Below, in pieces: positions 8,725 to 17,767 of a stretch of 34,882 bases of DNA (positions within the stretch are counted from its first letter, which is position 1; the number at the start of each line of letters is the position of its first letter). The DNA is from Phenylobacterium sp. GTDB taxonomy: Bacteria > Pseudomonadota > Alphaproteobacteria > Caulobacterales > Caulobacteraceae. The position numbers and the translations under genes are program-made. The notes under the pieces are model-generated. The model made no database searches, was not told where the DNA came from, and saw only the letters and a list, made by a program, of their open reading frames with translations. The stretch is from contig JBJTFE010000098.1 in the NCBI GenBank assembly GCA_046093265.1, positions 1 to 34,882 of the forward strand, read 5' to 3'.

Positions 8725-11097
8725 CTAATACAATCCGCTCATGTCGTCCGGCTTCCGTTCAGGCGGTCGGGTCTCCCCAGCCGGACGACCCAGCTGGTCG
8801 TAAGGCAAGGGTCTGACTGGCATGCCATCTGCGTTCAGCCCGGTGGGCGTCTCGGCAACCTGCGGTTCCGTGCCGGGCCGAAACGCTTCACGAATGCCGT
8901 TGATCATCACGAACCTCGCGTTTCGAGGAGCCTTGAAATCCGACTTCGGGAGGCGTTTCGCAGCGACCTGCATGAAGTCGATAAAGATCGGAACGGCCGC
9001 CTGCGCCCCTGTTTCCCCGGGTCCCAGGGTCCGATTGTCATCAAAGCCCACAAACACCCCCACCACCATCTGCGGGGTGTATCCTATGAACCAGGCCGAT
9101 CTGTAATCGTTGGTGGTGCCGGTCTTCCCGGCGATGGGGAACCCTAAGGAAGATACGGCAGCGGCGGTCCCCCGCTGGACGACGCCCTGCAACATGGTCG
9201 TGATCTGGTAGGCGGTGATCGGATCGAGGACCTGTTCTCCGGCGGGCGGAATTCGCGGGCTCTCCGCTCCGGTGAAGACGGCGTCACAGCGCGTGCAGTC
9301 GCGCCGGTCGGCCCGTAACAGTGTCTTGCCTCTCGCATCCTGGACAAACTCAATCAGGTGAGGCTCCACACGACGTCCTCCGTTGACGAAGGCGGCGTAA
9401 GCCGTCGTAATCCGAAGAGGCGTCGTCTCGCCGGAACCGAGAGCCATAGCCAGCACCGGCTCCATGCTTTGTGTGACCCCCATGCGAAGCGCGGTTTCAC
9501 GCACCTTCTTCATGCCGACGCCCTGGGCAAGCCGAACCGTCATCGTGTTCCGCGACAGCTCCAGTCCGCGTCGCAGCGGCAGGGCGCCCAGGTAGGACCG
9601 CGTGTAGTTCTCCGGAGACCAGGCCTCGCCGTCCCTGCCCGACAGGGTGATCTCGGAGTCCAGGACTGTGCTCGCGGGCGTGTATCCGTTCTCCAGGGCG
9701 GTCGCATATACGAAAGGCTTGAAGGTGGATCCCGGCTGGCGCTGCGCCTGGGTCGCCCGGTTGAAGCTGGAGAGCGAGAAGGAGTAACCGCCGACCAGAG
9801 CCAGAACACGGCCGGTATGCGGTTCCACCACAACGAGCGCACCGTTCACCGCAGGGACCTGTCGAAGTCGGAAACCGCCGGTTGCAGCCGGTTCAACGAA
9901 CACAAGATCCCCTGCGGAGATCCCCCTGCCGGCCCGGGCCCAGGCGACATCCGACGGCGCCAGCCACCCGCGCGCGGCATCGTTTCGGGTTTCAACCCTG
10001 ACACCACGACGGCTGACCTCGGTGACGATCGCAACCCGCCAGTCGCGCCGCTCGGAAGGCGCTTTGAAGCGGGCGGCGGCCCTCTCCCAGCCTGGACCGT
10101 AGGTTGTCCGCGCGAAGGCTCCGCGCCATCCATGTCGCCGGTCGAACAGCTCAAGTCCGTTCATCAGTGACCGAAGGGCGTTGGATTGAAGGTCCGGCTC
10201 CAGGGTCGTACGAACATACAACCCGGCCGCATCCAGTCTGTCGCCAAGGGCGGCCCGGCCCTGTCGCCGGACCTCCTCGACAAAATAGTCCGCATCCCGG
10301 TAACGCGCCCGCGCGGGTGCAGCCTGAACGACCAGATCCTCGGCTTTCGCCCGTCTGGCCTGCTCAGCCGAGATCCAGTTCTGTTCGGCCATCTGGTCCA
10401 GAACCCAGTTTCGGCGGGCTATGGCCTGAGCCTTGCGTTTTAACGGATGATAGTTGTCGGGCCCTTTCGGAAGGGCGGCGAGGAAGGCGGCTTCAGAGAG
10501 GCTGAGTTCATTGATCGACTTCCCGAAATAGTTGTAGGCCGCCGCTCCGACGCCAAACGATCGATATCCCAGCCAGATTTCATTGAGGTAGAGCTCCAGG
10601 ATCTGAGGCTTGGAGAGGGTTTCCTCCAGCCGGCGGGCGATCAGCGCCTCCTTGAACTTGCGCCCCAGAGTGACGTCGTTCGTTAGCAGAATGTTCTTGG
10701 CGACCTGCTGAGTAATGGTCGAGCCGCCTTGCAGGCGCCGCCCCTGAATGAGGCTGGGCACGGCGCGACCCAACGCCCTCGCCAGACCAGCCGGGTCGAC
10801 CCCCTTGTGACGGAAAAAGGTCCTGTCTTCGGCAGCCAGGAAGGCAAGAGCCAGTTGCTTGGGAATGCTGTCATAGGGAACAAAAATCCGTCGTTCCCGG
10901 CTGAACTCGCCGATAAGGGTCCCGTCCCAGGCATAGGCCCGGGTCGAGGTGGGCGGGCGGTAATCGGCGAGGTCTCGAGCGTCGGGCAGATCATGGAAGA
11001 GCCAGGCTGTGTAGACGGCGATAGACATGCCCCCCAGCGCCACAAGGCTGAGCAGGGTTACCCCAGCAATGGCCAGCCATCTTTTCGGGGACTGCAC
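8725..11097 (-). CDS. mrcA: Class A bifunctional penicillin-binding protein (PBP1A family; syntenic with Caulobacter PbpY)
   Basis: N-terminal TM. Transglycosylase motifs EDRTFFRHKG, GGSTITQQ, RKFKE, ILELYLN. Transpeptidase motifs STFK, SRN, KTG. Confidence 0.95.
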   Translation of the reverse strand: MQSPKRWLAIAGVTLLSLVALGGMSIAVYTAWLFHDLPDARDLADYRPPTSTRAYAWDGTLIGEFSRERRIFVPYDSIPKQLALAFLAAEDRTFFRHKGVDPAGLARALGRAVPSLIQGRRLQGGSTITQQVAKNILLTNDVTLGRKFKEALIARRLEETLSKPQILELYLNEIWLGYRSFGVGAAAYNYFGKSINELSLSEAAFLAALPKGPDNYHPLKRKAQAIARRNWVLDQMAEQNWISAEQARRAKAEDLVVQAAPARARYRDADYFVEEVRRQGRAALGDRLDAAGLYVRTTLEPDLQSNALRSLMNGLELFDRRHGWRGAFARTTYGPGWERAAARFKAPSERRDWRVAIVTEVSRRGVRVETRNDAARGWLAPSDVAWARAGRGISAGDLVFVEPAATGGFRLRQVPAVNGALVVVEPHTGRVLALVGGYSFSLSSFNRATQAQRQPGSTFKPFVYATALENGYTPASTVLDSEITLSGRDGEAWSPENYTRSYLGALPLRRGLELSRNTMTVRLAQGVGMKKVRETALRMGVTQSMEPVLAMALGSGETTPLRITTAYAAFVNGGRRVEPHLIEFVQDARGKTLLRADRRDCTRCDAVFTGAESPRIPPAGEQVLDPITAYQITTMLQGVVQRGTAAAVSSLGFPIAGKTGTTNDYRSAWFIGYTPQMVVGVFVGFDDNRTLGPGETGAQAAVPIFIDFMQVAAKRLPKSDFKAPRNARFVMINGIREAFRPGTEPQVAETPTGLNADGMPVRPLPYDQLGRPAGETRPPERKPDDMSGLY

Positions 11098-11144
11098 GAC
11101 AGAAACGCCTCCGCAGGCGACCGCGCGCCCGCTCGCTTCTTGGT

Positions 11145-11187
11145 CTAGAGCGCGTTCCCCAAAAGGGGAACCCGGTTTTGCGATCGG
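11145..11187. repeat. Degenerate CTAG-anchored palindromic intergenic repeat, copy 2
   Basis: CTAGAGCGCGTTCCCCAAAAGGGGAACCCGGTTTTGCGATCGG with hairpin GTTCCCC-AAAA-GGGGAAC. Confidence 0.6.
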
Positions 11188-11307
11188 CGCCTGACTTGCT
11201 CCCGCTCCGGTTCAGGAGAACCGTCCGCTGGATCGACATGCGATCCCGACGGGTTGAACTGGAGCCTGTTCGCTTCCGCCGGACTTCCCACCTTGAGGTC
11301 AGAGGCT

Positions 11308-12510
11308 CTAGCGGGTGGCGACCCTCAGATCACTCCGGAAGTAGATGTCGATCGCGGAGGCGACGGCGCCGACGAGGCGGCTTCGCGAGTCCGGATTGGC
11401 CAGGAGGGCCTGATCGTCGGGATTGGTGATGAAACCCATCTCCAGAAGCACCGCCGGCACGTCCGGCGCCAGCAGGACGGCCAGACCGGCTTCGCGATGG
11501 CTGCGCCGAAGGAGGGCCTGCTCATCCCCGATCTCATCCAGAAGGATCTGCGCGAAGGTCGCCGACCGGTTCTTGGTGGCCCTCTGGGTCAGGTCAAAAA
11601 GGATTCCGGACACGCTCTGATCCGACCGGTAGGCCGTCTTCATGAACCAGTCGTCTCGGGTCACCAGCTTTGCAGACCGCTCCACCGCCCGGTCGGCGAG
11701 CGTGTAGACGCTCGCGCCCCGAACCGCCTCATCCGGCCCCGCATCGGCATGCAGCGACAGAAACAGATCCGCATTCGCCCTTCGGGCGATCTGCACCCGG
11801 ATATCCAGGGGAATGTAGACGTCACGATCCCGGGTCAGCACCACGCGGTAACGCCCGGTTTGCTCAAGCCGCGCCTTCAGAGCCAGAGCAGCGGCGAGGG
11901 TGAGGTCCTTTTCCTGTCGCCCACCGGACATCGCGCCAGGATCCTTCCCGCCGTGACCTGCATCGATGACGACGGTTCTGCGGCCGTCGGAACGCACCTT
12001 CGACGGCTTCTTCGAAACAGCGGGCGGGGCCGTCTTCAGGGAGGTGAGACGGGCGACCTCCGACCCGCCGGCAAGCGGCGGCGGCGAGGCCGGCTCCAGG
12101 TCGATCACGTATCGGAAGCCCGGAACGCCCTCTCCCGGTGGGAGAAGGAAACGTCGGCGAACCTGCACGGCGTCCGATGTCTCGATGGTCAGTCGCGCGC
12201 CCTCAACCTGCGAGACGATGTTCCATCCCCGAATGAGACCACGGCCCTGTCCCCGCAGAGTTTCGTCCACCTTCACGCCGACCAGCGAGATGACGACCTT
12301 GCCGCCGACCTGAGAGACAAACCGCCCCGTGGCTTCGTCGGAAAGATCAATGACAAGCCGGGTGGATTCACGATCGCCTCCCAGCCGCACGGAATTCAGA
12401 TCCGCAGCTGGCGTCGAACCTGCGGCGAACAGCACAATCAGCGCCACAGCCACAAAGGCGTGAAGCTGAGGAATTCCATCCCGCCAAAGCTTGCCAGACA
12501 TCCGCACCAC
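11308..12510 (-). CDS. amiC: N-acetylmuramoyl-L-alanine amidase
   Basis: Signal-like N-terminus, AMIN-like domain, and Amidase_3 motifs IDAGHGGKDPGA, EKDLTL, SLHAD, LLEMGF. Start is 12510 or 12501. Confidence 0.95.
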   Translation of the reverse strand: MVRMSGKLWRDGIPQLHAFVAVALIVLFAAGSTPAADLNSVRLGGDRESTRLVIDLSDEATGRFVSQVGGKVVISLVGVKVDETLRGQGRGLIRGWNIVSQVEGARLTIETSDAVQVRRRFLLPPGEGVPGFRYVIDLEPASPPPLAGGSEVARLTSLKTAPPAVSKKPSKVRSDGRRTVVIDAGHGGKDPGAMSGGRQEKDLTLAAALALKARLEQTGRYRVVLTRDRDVYIPLDIRVQIARRANADLFLSLHADAGPDEAVRGASVYTLADRAVERSAKLVTRDDWFMKTAYRSDQSVSGILFDLTQRATKNRSATFAQILLDEIGDEQALLRRSHREAGLAVLLAPDVPAVLLEMGFITNPDDQALLANPDSRSRLVGAVASAIDIYFRSDLRVATR

Positions 12511-12910
12511 GACGACTTCGTCTCATTTCGCCCGCTTGCTGCGGGCTTTCCGCAAAATAGAGCCCGGTCGTAGAGAAATCGTTAAGGCTAGGGGCCTTTG
12601 CAGGGACTCGATGTTTTGCTGGCGTCGAGGATGATTTTGCGGCATCTGGTGACGCTCGGTCGCGCTGCGGTGCGATCGGAAACGGGGCGTTCGTCAGCCC
12701 GCCTGCGGCCAAACGCCCGGCGGAAACGGGGCTCCCGCTGCGGGCGGCGAGCGTCCGCAAACTGGAAACACGCCATGGGCTGCGCGCATCGAGCCATCTC
12801 CCGGCCGACCAAACTCCGCGACATTGAAGCGGAGGGCCGCCGCTTGCGCCGTCCTCACCATAACTGGCGCCGCCCGGGTTGCGACCCTGAGGCGCGCTTC
12901 GGAGACTTTC

Positions 12911-15529
12911 ATGTCAAGGAAAATGCTTATCGACGCCGCCCACGCCGAGGAAACTCGGGTTGCGGTGATCGACGGAAACCGGGTTGAAGAGTTCGACTTC
13001 GAGAGCCAGAGCCACAAGCAGCTCAGAGGCAACATCTACCTCGCCAAGGTGACGCGGGTCGAACCCTCTCTCCAGGCGGCGTTCATCGAATACGGAGGCA
13101 ACCGCCACGGCTTCCTGGCCTTCAACGAGATTCACCCGGACTACTACCAGATCCCTGTCGCCGACCGCGAAGCCCTGATGGCGGAGGAGGCGGTCGACGA
13201 GGACGAAGACGAGGAAGAGGCGCCCCGCGCCCGCGATTCCGACGACGAGGGCGAAGACGCCGCCGAGACCCTTGCCGGTGACGATGAAGATGACGTTGTA
13301 GAACAGGAACTTGCCCGCCGGCGCCGTCGGCTGATGCGTCGCTACAAGATCCAGGAAGTGATCCGCCGCCGGCAGATCATGCTGGTCCAGGTTGTCAAGG
13401 AAGAGCGCGGCAACAAGGGCGCCGCTCTCACCACCTATCTTTCCCTCGCGGGGCGCTACGGCGTGCTCATGCCCAATACAGCGCGCGGCGGCGGGATTTC
13501 GCGAAAGATCACCTCAGCCACCGACCGCAAGCGCCTGAAGTCCGTCGTTCAGGGCCTGGATGTACCCGAAGGCATGGGGCTGATCGTCCGCACCGCCGGC
13601 GCCAAGCGCACGAAGGCGGAGATCAAGCGCGACTACGATTATCTCCTTCGCCTGTGGGAAAACATTCGCGAGACGACCCTGCATTCCGTCGCGCCCTCCC
13701 TCATCTACGAGGAAGAGGACCTGGTGAAGCGGACGATCCGCGACCTCTATGACAAGGACATCGACGAGGTTCTTGTGGAGGGGGAGGCCGGTTTCCGCGA
13801 GGCGCGGGAATTCATGCGGATGCTGATGCCGTCCCAGGCCCGCAAGGTGCAACCCTATCGGGAGCCGACCCCGCTCTTCGTGCGGCACAAGGTCGAAGAT
13901 CACCTCTCGCAGATATACTCTCCGGTCGCGCCCCTGAAATCCGGGGGCTATCTGGTGATCAACCAGACCGAGGCGCTTGTCGCGATCGACGTCAATTCCG
14001 GGCGCGCAACCCGGGAGCGGAACGTCGAGGCGACGGCCCTGCGTACGAATCTGGAAGCCGCCGAGGAAGCCGCCCGTCAGCTTCGCCTGAGAGATCTCGC
14101 CGGTCTCGTCGTTATCGACTTCATCGATATGGATGAGGGAAAGAACAACCGGGCTGTCGAAAAGAAGCTGAAGGACGCGCTGAAGGACGACAGGGCCCGC
14201 ATCCAGGTCGGACGCATCTCAGGCTTCGGTCTTATCGAGCTGTCCCGGCAGCGCCGCCGATCAAGCCTCTTGGAGGGCACCACCCAGGTCTGCGAGCATT
14301 GCGCCGGAACCGGAAGGGTCCGCTCGGTGGAGTCCAGCGCCCTCGGCGCGCTGAGAGCGGTAGAGATGGAGGCCCTGAAAGGTGCAGGCGAGATCACCCT
14401 GAAGGTCCCCAGGGCGGTCGCCCTTTACATCCTGAACGAGAAGCGCGGCCATCTTGCCCGGCTGCACGCAGATCAGGGCGTCTTCGTCTCTGTGATCCTG
14501 GACGAGACCCTGCCACATGCCGGCTACGCCATAGAACGAACCTCCGACGAGGCGCGACCCTCGGAGATACCGGCGACGCGCAAGGCGCTTGAGCCCTATG
14601 TCCCCACGGACGACGACCTTCCGGAAACCGAGGACGAGGCGGAGGACGACGAGGACGAACTCGTCGAGGACGTCGAGGACGTCGAAGGCGTCGATGACGA
14701 CGACGCCGGCGAACGCCGGGTGCGCCCATCCCGTGGACGCGGTGCTGACGATGACGAGGGGCCGGGCGATCGCCGGGGACGCCGGCGGCGCAGGCGGGGC
14801 CGCCGCGATCCCGAGGGCCGGTCGGCAGAGGCCACGGACTCCGAGGCGCAGAGCGCGTCCCGGAGCGATGAAGACGAGGATGGTCAGGGCGGTCGGCGTC
14901 GCCGGCGCGGGCGCAGAGGTGGGCGTCGCTCCCGCGACGAAGGACGACCCCAGGACGCCTACGCCTGGACGCGGCCATGGGTGCCTTACGACGACGATCC
15001 CTTCATCTGGTTCGATCCCGCAGGTGAAATGCGGCGCCCGGCGGACGATCAGCCCCGCCCGGCGGACTCCGCCGGCTTGCCTCCGGCGGCCGCCGAGGAA
15101 CCGGCGGTCGATATCTGGGTCGAGCTGCCTGAAGCTGAGCCCCAAGCCCGTCGTTCGCGGCGCACCCGGGGCAGAGGCATCCGAGCAGGTGGTGGAGAAG
15201 ACGCTCCAGCGCCGCCACCTGCGGAGGTGACAGCGGAGGCTGTTCCCGTTCCGGTGATCCGGGAGGAGGCGTCGCCCGAGGTCGATGCGGGCGCTGCCGC
15301 TCCAGCCTCCGCTCCGGAGGAAGCGCCGGTAAAGCCGCCAAGAGCGAGGCGGAGCCGGGCGAAAGCCGCCGAGCCTGCCGTTGAAGCCGCGCAGGAACCG
15401 GCGCCCCTCCCGACGCCCGCGCCCACGCAGCCGCCTGAAAGCCCGGTTGAAGTTTCCCGTGAACCGGATCCCGCCGAAATCAGTTCTCCTCCGAAACAGC
15501 CGCGTCGGGGCTGGTGGCGGCGGGGCTGA
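12911..15529 (+). CDS. rne: Ribonuclease E
   Basis: MLIDAAHAEETRVAV, GNIYLAKVTRVEPSLQAAF, IDVNSG, DFIDM, CEHC Zn-link, and a disordered C-terminus ending GWWRRG. ATG 12911 follows GGAGA. Confidence 0.98.
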   Translation: MSRKMLIDAAHAEETRVAVIDGNRVEEFDFESQSHKQLRGNIYLAKVTRVEPSLQAAFIEYGGNRHGFLAFNEIHPDYYQIPVADREALMAEEAVDEDEDEEEAPRARDSDDEGEDAAETLAGDDEDDVVEQELARRRRRLMRRYKIQEVIRRRQIMLVQVVKEERGNKGAALTTYLSLAGRYGVLMPNTARGGGISRKITSATDRKRLKSVVQGLDVPEGMGLIVRTAGAKRTKAEIKRDYDYLLRLWENIRETTLHSVAPSLIYEEEDLVKRTIRDLYDKDIDEVLVEGEAGFREAREFMRMLMPSQARKVQPYREPTPLFVRHKVEDHLSQIYSPVAPLKSGGYLVINQTEALVAIDVNSGRATRERNVEATALRTNLEAAEEAARQLRLRDLAGLVVIDFIDMDEGKNNRAVEKKLKDALKDDRARIQVGRISGFGLIELSRQRRRSSLLEGTTQVCEHCAGTGRVRSVESSALGALRAVEMEALKGAGEITLKVPRAVALYILNEKRGHLARLHADQGVFVSVILDETLPHAGYAIERTSDEARPSEIPATRKALEPYVPTDDDLPETEDEAEDDEDELVEDVEDVEGVDDDDAGERRVRPSRGRGADDDEGPGDRRGRRRRRRGRRDPEGRSAEATDSEAQSASRSDEDEDGQGGRRRRRGRRGGRRSRDEGRPQDAYAWTRPWVPYDDDPFIWFDPAGEMRRPADDQPRPADSAGLPPAAAEEPAVDIWVELPEAEPQARRSRRTRGRGIRAGGGEDAPAPPPAEVTAEAVPVPVIREEASPEVDAGAAAPASAPEEAPVKPPRARRSRAKAAEPAVEAAQEPAPLPTPAPTQPPESPVEVSREPDPAEISSPPKQPRRGWWRRG
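14662..14697 (+). repeat. Four imperfect 9-bp tandem units inside rne
   Basis: cgtcgagga cgtcgagga cgtcgaagg cgtcgatga, encoding the acidic VEDVEDVEGVD stretch. Confidence 0.6.
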
Positions 15530-15533
15530 GGGG

Positions 15534-15563
15534 CTAGACCACAGACAGGGAACCGGAATTCGG
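15534..15563. repeat. Possible truncated third copy of the CTAG-anchored repeat
   Basis: CTAGACCACAGACAGGGAACCGGAATTCGG shares the CTAGA start and a GGGAACCGG..TTCGG core. Lies just after the rne stop. Confidence 0.35.
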
Positions 15564-15590
15564 GGCGGGGGCGCACACGAGGAGGCTCTC

Positions 15591-16982
15591 ATGGACGGCC
15601 GTCGCCTGGCGCATCTGAGAAAGGTTCTGACGGCGGCTCCAAGCCTGCTTGCCGTCCTCGTCTCCTTGCTGGCCCCGACAGCCGTCAGGGCGCAGTCCGC
15701 CCCGATGACCCTGATCCGCGACACGGAGATCGAGGAGACCCTGCGCCACTATTCCCAGCCGCTCTTCAAGGCTGCGGGCGTAGAGTCCGACTCGATCCGC
15801 ATTCTGCTGATCGGCTCCAGGGACTTGAACGCATTTGCCGGCCCCGGAGTCATGGCGGTCTTCACGGGATTGATCCTGGAGGCCAAGACCCCGAACGAGC
15901 TCCAGGGTGTCATAGCTCACGAAGTCGCCCACCTCGCCGGTGGGCACTCCGCCCGGTCCGGCGAGATGACCCAGGCCGGTATGCGACCATTTCTGTTGAC
16001 CATGGGGCTCGGCGTTCTGGCCGCCTTGGCCGGTAACGTGGAAGCTGGAGCAGTCCTGGCGTCTAATGCGAGCTTCTTCGGGGCCCTTGGCGCCATGGGT
16101 TACAGCCGCGAGCAGGAGAGCCGGGCGGACCAGGCGGGCGCCTCCTATCTTGAAGCGGCGGGCCTCTCCGGCCGCGGCCTCGTAAATTTCTTCGATAACT
16201 TCCGCTACCAGGAGGTGTTCTCCGAAGCCCGGCGGTTCTCCTACTTCCGAAGCCATCCGCTGAGTTCGAGCCGGATCGACGCCCTGCGCTCGCGGGTGGA
16301 GAAGCTCTCACATTACGCGGCTCCGGATGATCCGGAGGACGTTCGCCGCTTTGTGATCACCAAAGCCAAGCTGGAGGGCTTCCTGAACCCGGGCGTCGCC
16401 GTCGTGAAGTGCGCGGATCCGAAGGCGGATTTTCCCTCCCGGTACGCCTGCGCCATCGCCAAGTATCAGCTGAAGGAGCCGGAACGGGCGTTGAAGCTCA
16501 TCGAGGCCCTGCTGGCTGAACAGCCCGAGAATCCGTACCTTTGGGAGCTTAAGGGGCAAATCCTGTTCGAGTTTGGACGGACAGCCGAGGCCGAGGCTCC
16601 GCAGCGTCGATCCGTCGCCCTCAAGCCCGATGCGCCCCTGTTACGGGTCAACCTGGGCCAGACCTTGATCGCCCTTCCGGACGCGACCAAGATCGACGAG
16701 GGCATAAGCGAGCTGAAACGCGCGCTTGACCAGGACAACGAGAATTCCGTGGCCTGGAGGCTGCTCGCGCAGGCCTATGACGCCCGGAACCGCGATGGGC
16801 TCGCGCGTTACGCAACCGCCGAGTACAACTACATCGAAGGCGACCGGAGACAGGCCCTGATCTTCGCCCTTCGGGCGCGTGACATCCTGCAAAGGAATAC
16901 GCCGGAGTGGCGGCGCGCCAACGACATCGTGCTGGCGACGGAGAACGATCGTCAGGTCATGCGGGCTGCGCGAGGCGGATAA
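15591..16982 (+). CDS. M48 metalloprotease with TPR repeats (BepA/YfgC-like)
   Basis: GAGGAGG RBS before ATG 15591. Signal peptide (AVRA), NAFA, HEVAH, YSREQESRAD, SHP and a TPR-like C-terminus. Confidence 0.92.
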   Translation: MDGRRLAHLRKVLTAAPSLLAVLVSLLAPTAVRAQSAPMTLIRDTEIEETLRHYSQPLFKAAGVESDSIRILLIGSRDLNAFAGPGVMAVFTGLILEAKTPNELQGVIAHEVAHLAGGHSARSGEMTQAGMRPFLLTMGLGVLAALAGNVEAGAVLASNASFFGALGAMGYSREQESRADQAGASYLEAAGLSGRGLVNFFDNFRYQEVFSEARRFSYFRSHPLSSSRIDALRSRVEKLSHYAAPDDPEDVRRFVITKAKLEGFLNPGVAVVKCADPKADFPSRYACAIAKYQLKEPERALKLIEALLAEQPENPYLWELKGQILFEFGRTAEAEAPQRRSVALKPDAPLLRVNLGQTLIALPDATKIDEGISELKRALDQDNENSVAWRLLAQAYDARNRDGLARYATAEYNYIEGDRRQALIFALRARDILQRNTPEWRRANDIVLATENDRQVMRAARGG

Positions 16983-17040
16983 GGCCTTCCCTACCGCAGC
17001 GGGGGCTTCACACCGCCCCCATCCCCCCTATGTTGCCTCA

Positions 17041-17766
17041 ATGAAATCCACCTCCCTCGCCCTCCTGCTGTCCTGCACCCTGCTTCTTGGCGGTTGCCAG
17101 AAGGCTTTCGACGCTGTCCTCGGCGGCCCTATGCGCGTCTATCTTCTGGAGCATCCGGAGCTCCTGGAGGATATGGCCGCCAAGCTCCAGGAGAAGAAGC
17201 TCGCCGAGCAGTCCGCCGAGACCCGGAAGGTAATCGCCGCGAACAGAGCCGCCCTCGAGCGCGACCCTCGCGATGTGGTCTTCAATCCGGGCGGGAAGAT
17301 TACGGTCGTGGAGTTCTTCGATTACCGCTGCGGGTACTGCAAGAGCATCGCGCCCGAGGTTGCGGCCCTGGTGCGTCAGTCGCCGGACGTGCGTCTGGTG
17401 CTTAAGGAATTCCCGATCTTCGGAGGCGCTTCGGACCTTGCGGCGCGCGTCGCCCTGACACCCGCTGGCCGCGCCGCCGGCCTCGATTTTCATGAGGCGA
17501 TGATGGAGGAGAAGACCCTCAACGAGGCGACAATCGCCCGGCTCGCCGCCGGGGCGGGCGTCCGCTCCGACGCCATGTCGGCCGCCCTCAATGACGCGGC
17601 CATCACCCGTCAGCTCGCCGACACGCGCCAGCTGGCCCAGACCCTGAGGATCGAGGGAACCCCGGCGTTCGTCGTGGGCGACCGTCTGATACCCGGCGCA
17701 GACTTCGAAGCCCTGAGGGCGGCGATTGAGGAGGCCCGACGGGGACCTCTCCGGAGGCCAGGATAG
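17041..17766 (+). CDS. DsbA/ScsC-like periplasmic thiol-disulfide oxidoreductase
   Basis: Lipobox-like LLLGGC, N-terminal helical YLLEHPELL, FFDYRCGYCK and cis-Pro GTP motif. Confidence 0.92.
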   Translation: MKSTSLALLLSCTLLLGGCQKAFDAVLGGPMRVYLLEHPELLEDMAAKLQEKKLAEQSAETRKVIAANRAALERDPRDVVFNPGGKITVVEFFDYRCGYCKSIAPEVAALVRQSPDVRLVLKEFPIFGGASDLAARVALTPAGRAAGLDFHEAMMEEKTLNEATIARLAAGAGVRSDAMSAALNDAAITRQLADTRQLAQTLRIEGTPAFVVGDRLIPGADFEALRAAIEEARRGPLRRPG

Positions 17767-17767
17767 G

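Noticed and set aside
12570-12590. CtrA box upstream of amiC (also considered at 5732-5748)
   Set aside because: Only a single good TTAA half-site is present. The full TTAA-N7-TTAA is not matched.
14662-14697. Tandem repeat considered as CRISPR-like or a contingency locus
   Set aside because: It consists of in-frame 9-mers with no spacers and simply encodes an acidic disordered tract of RNase E.
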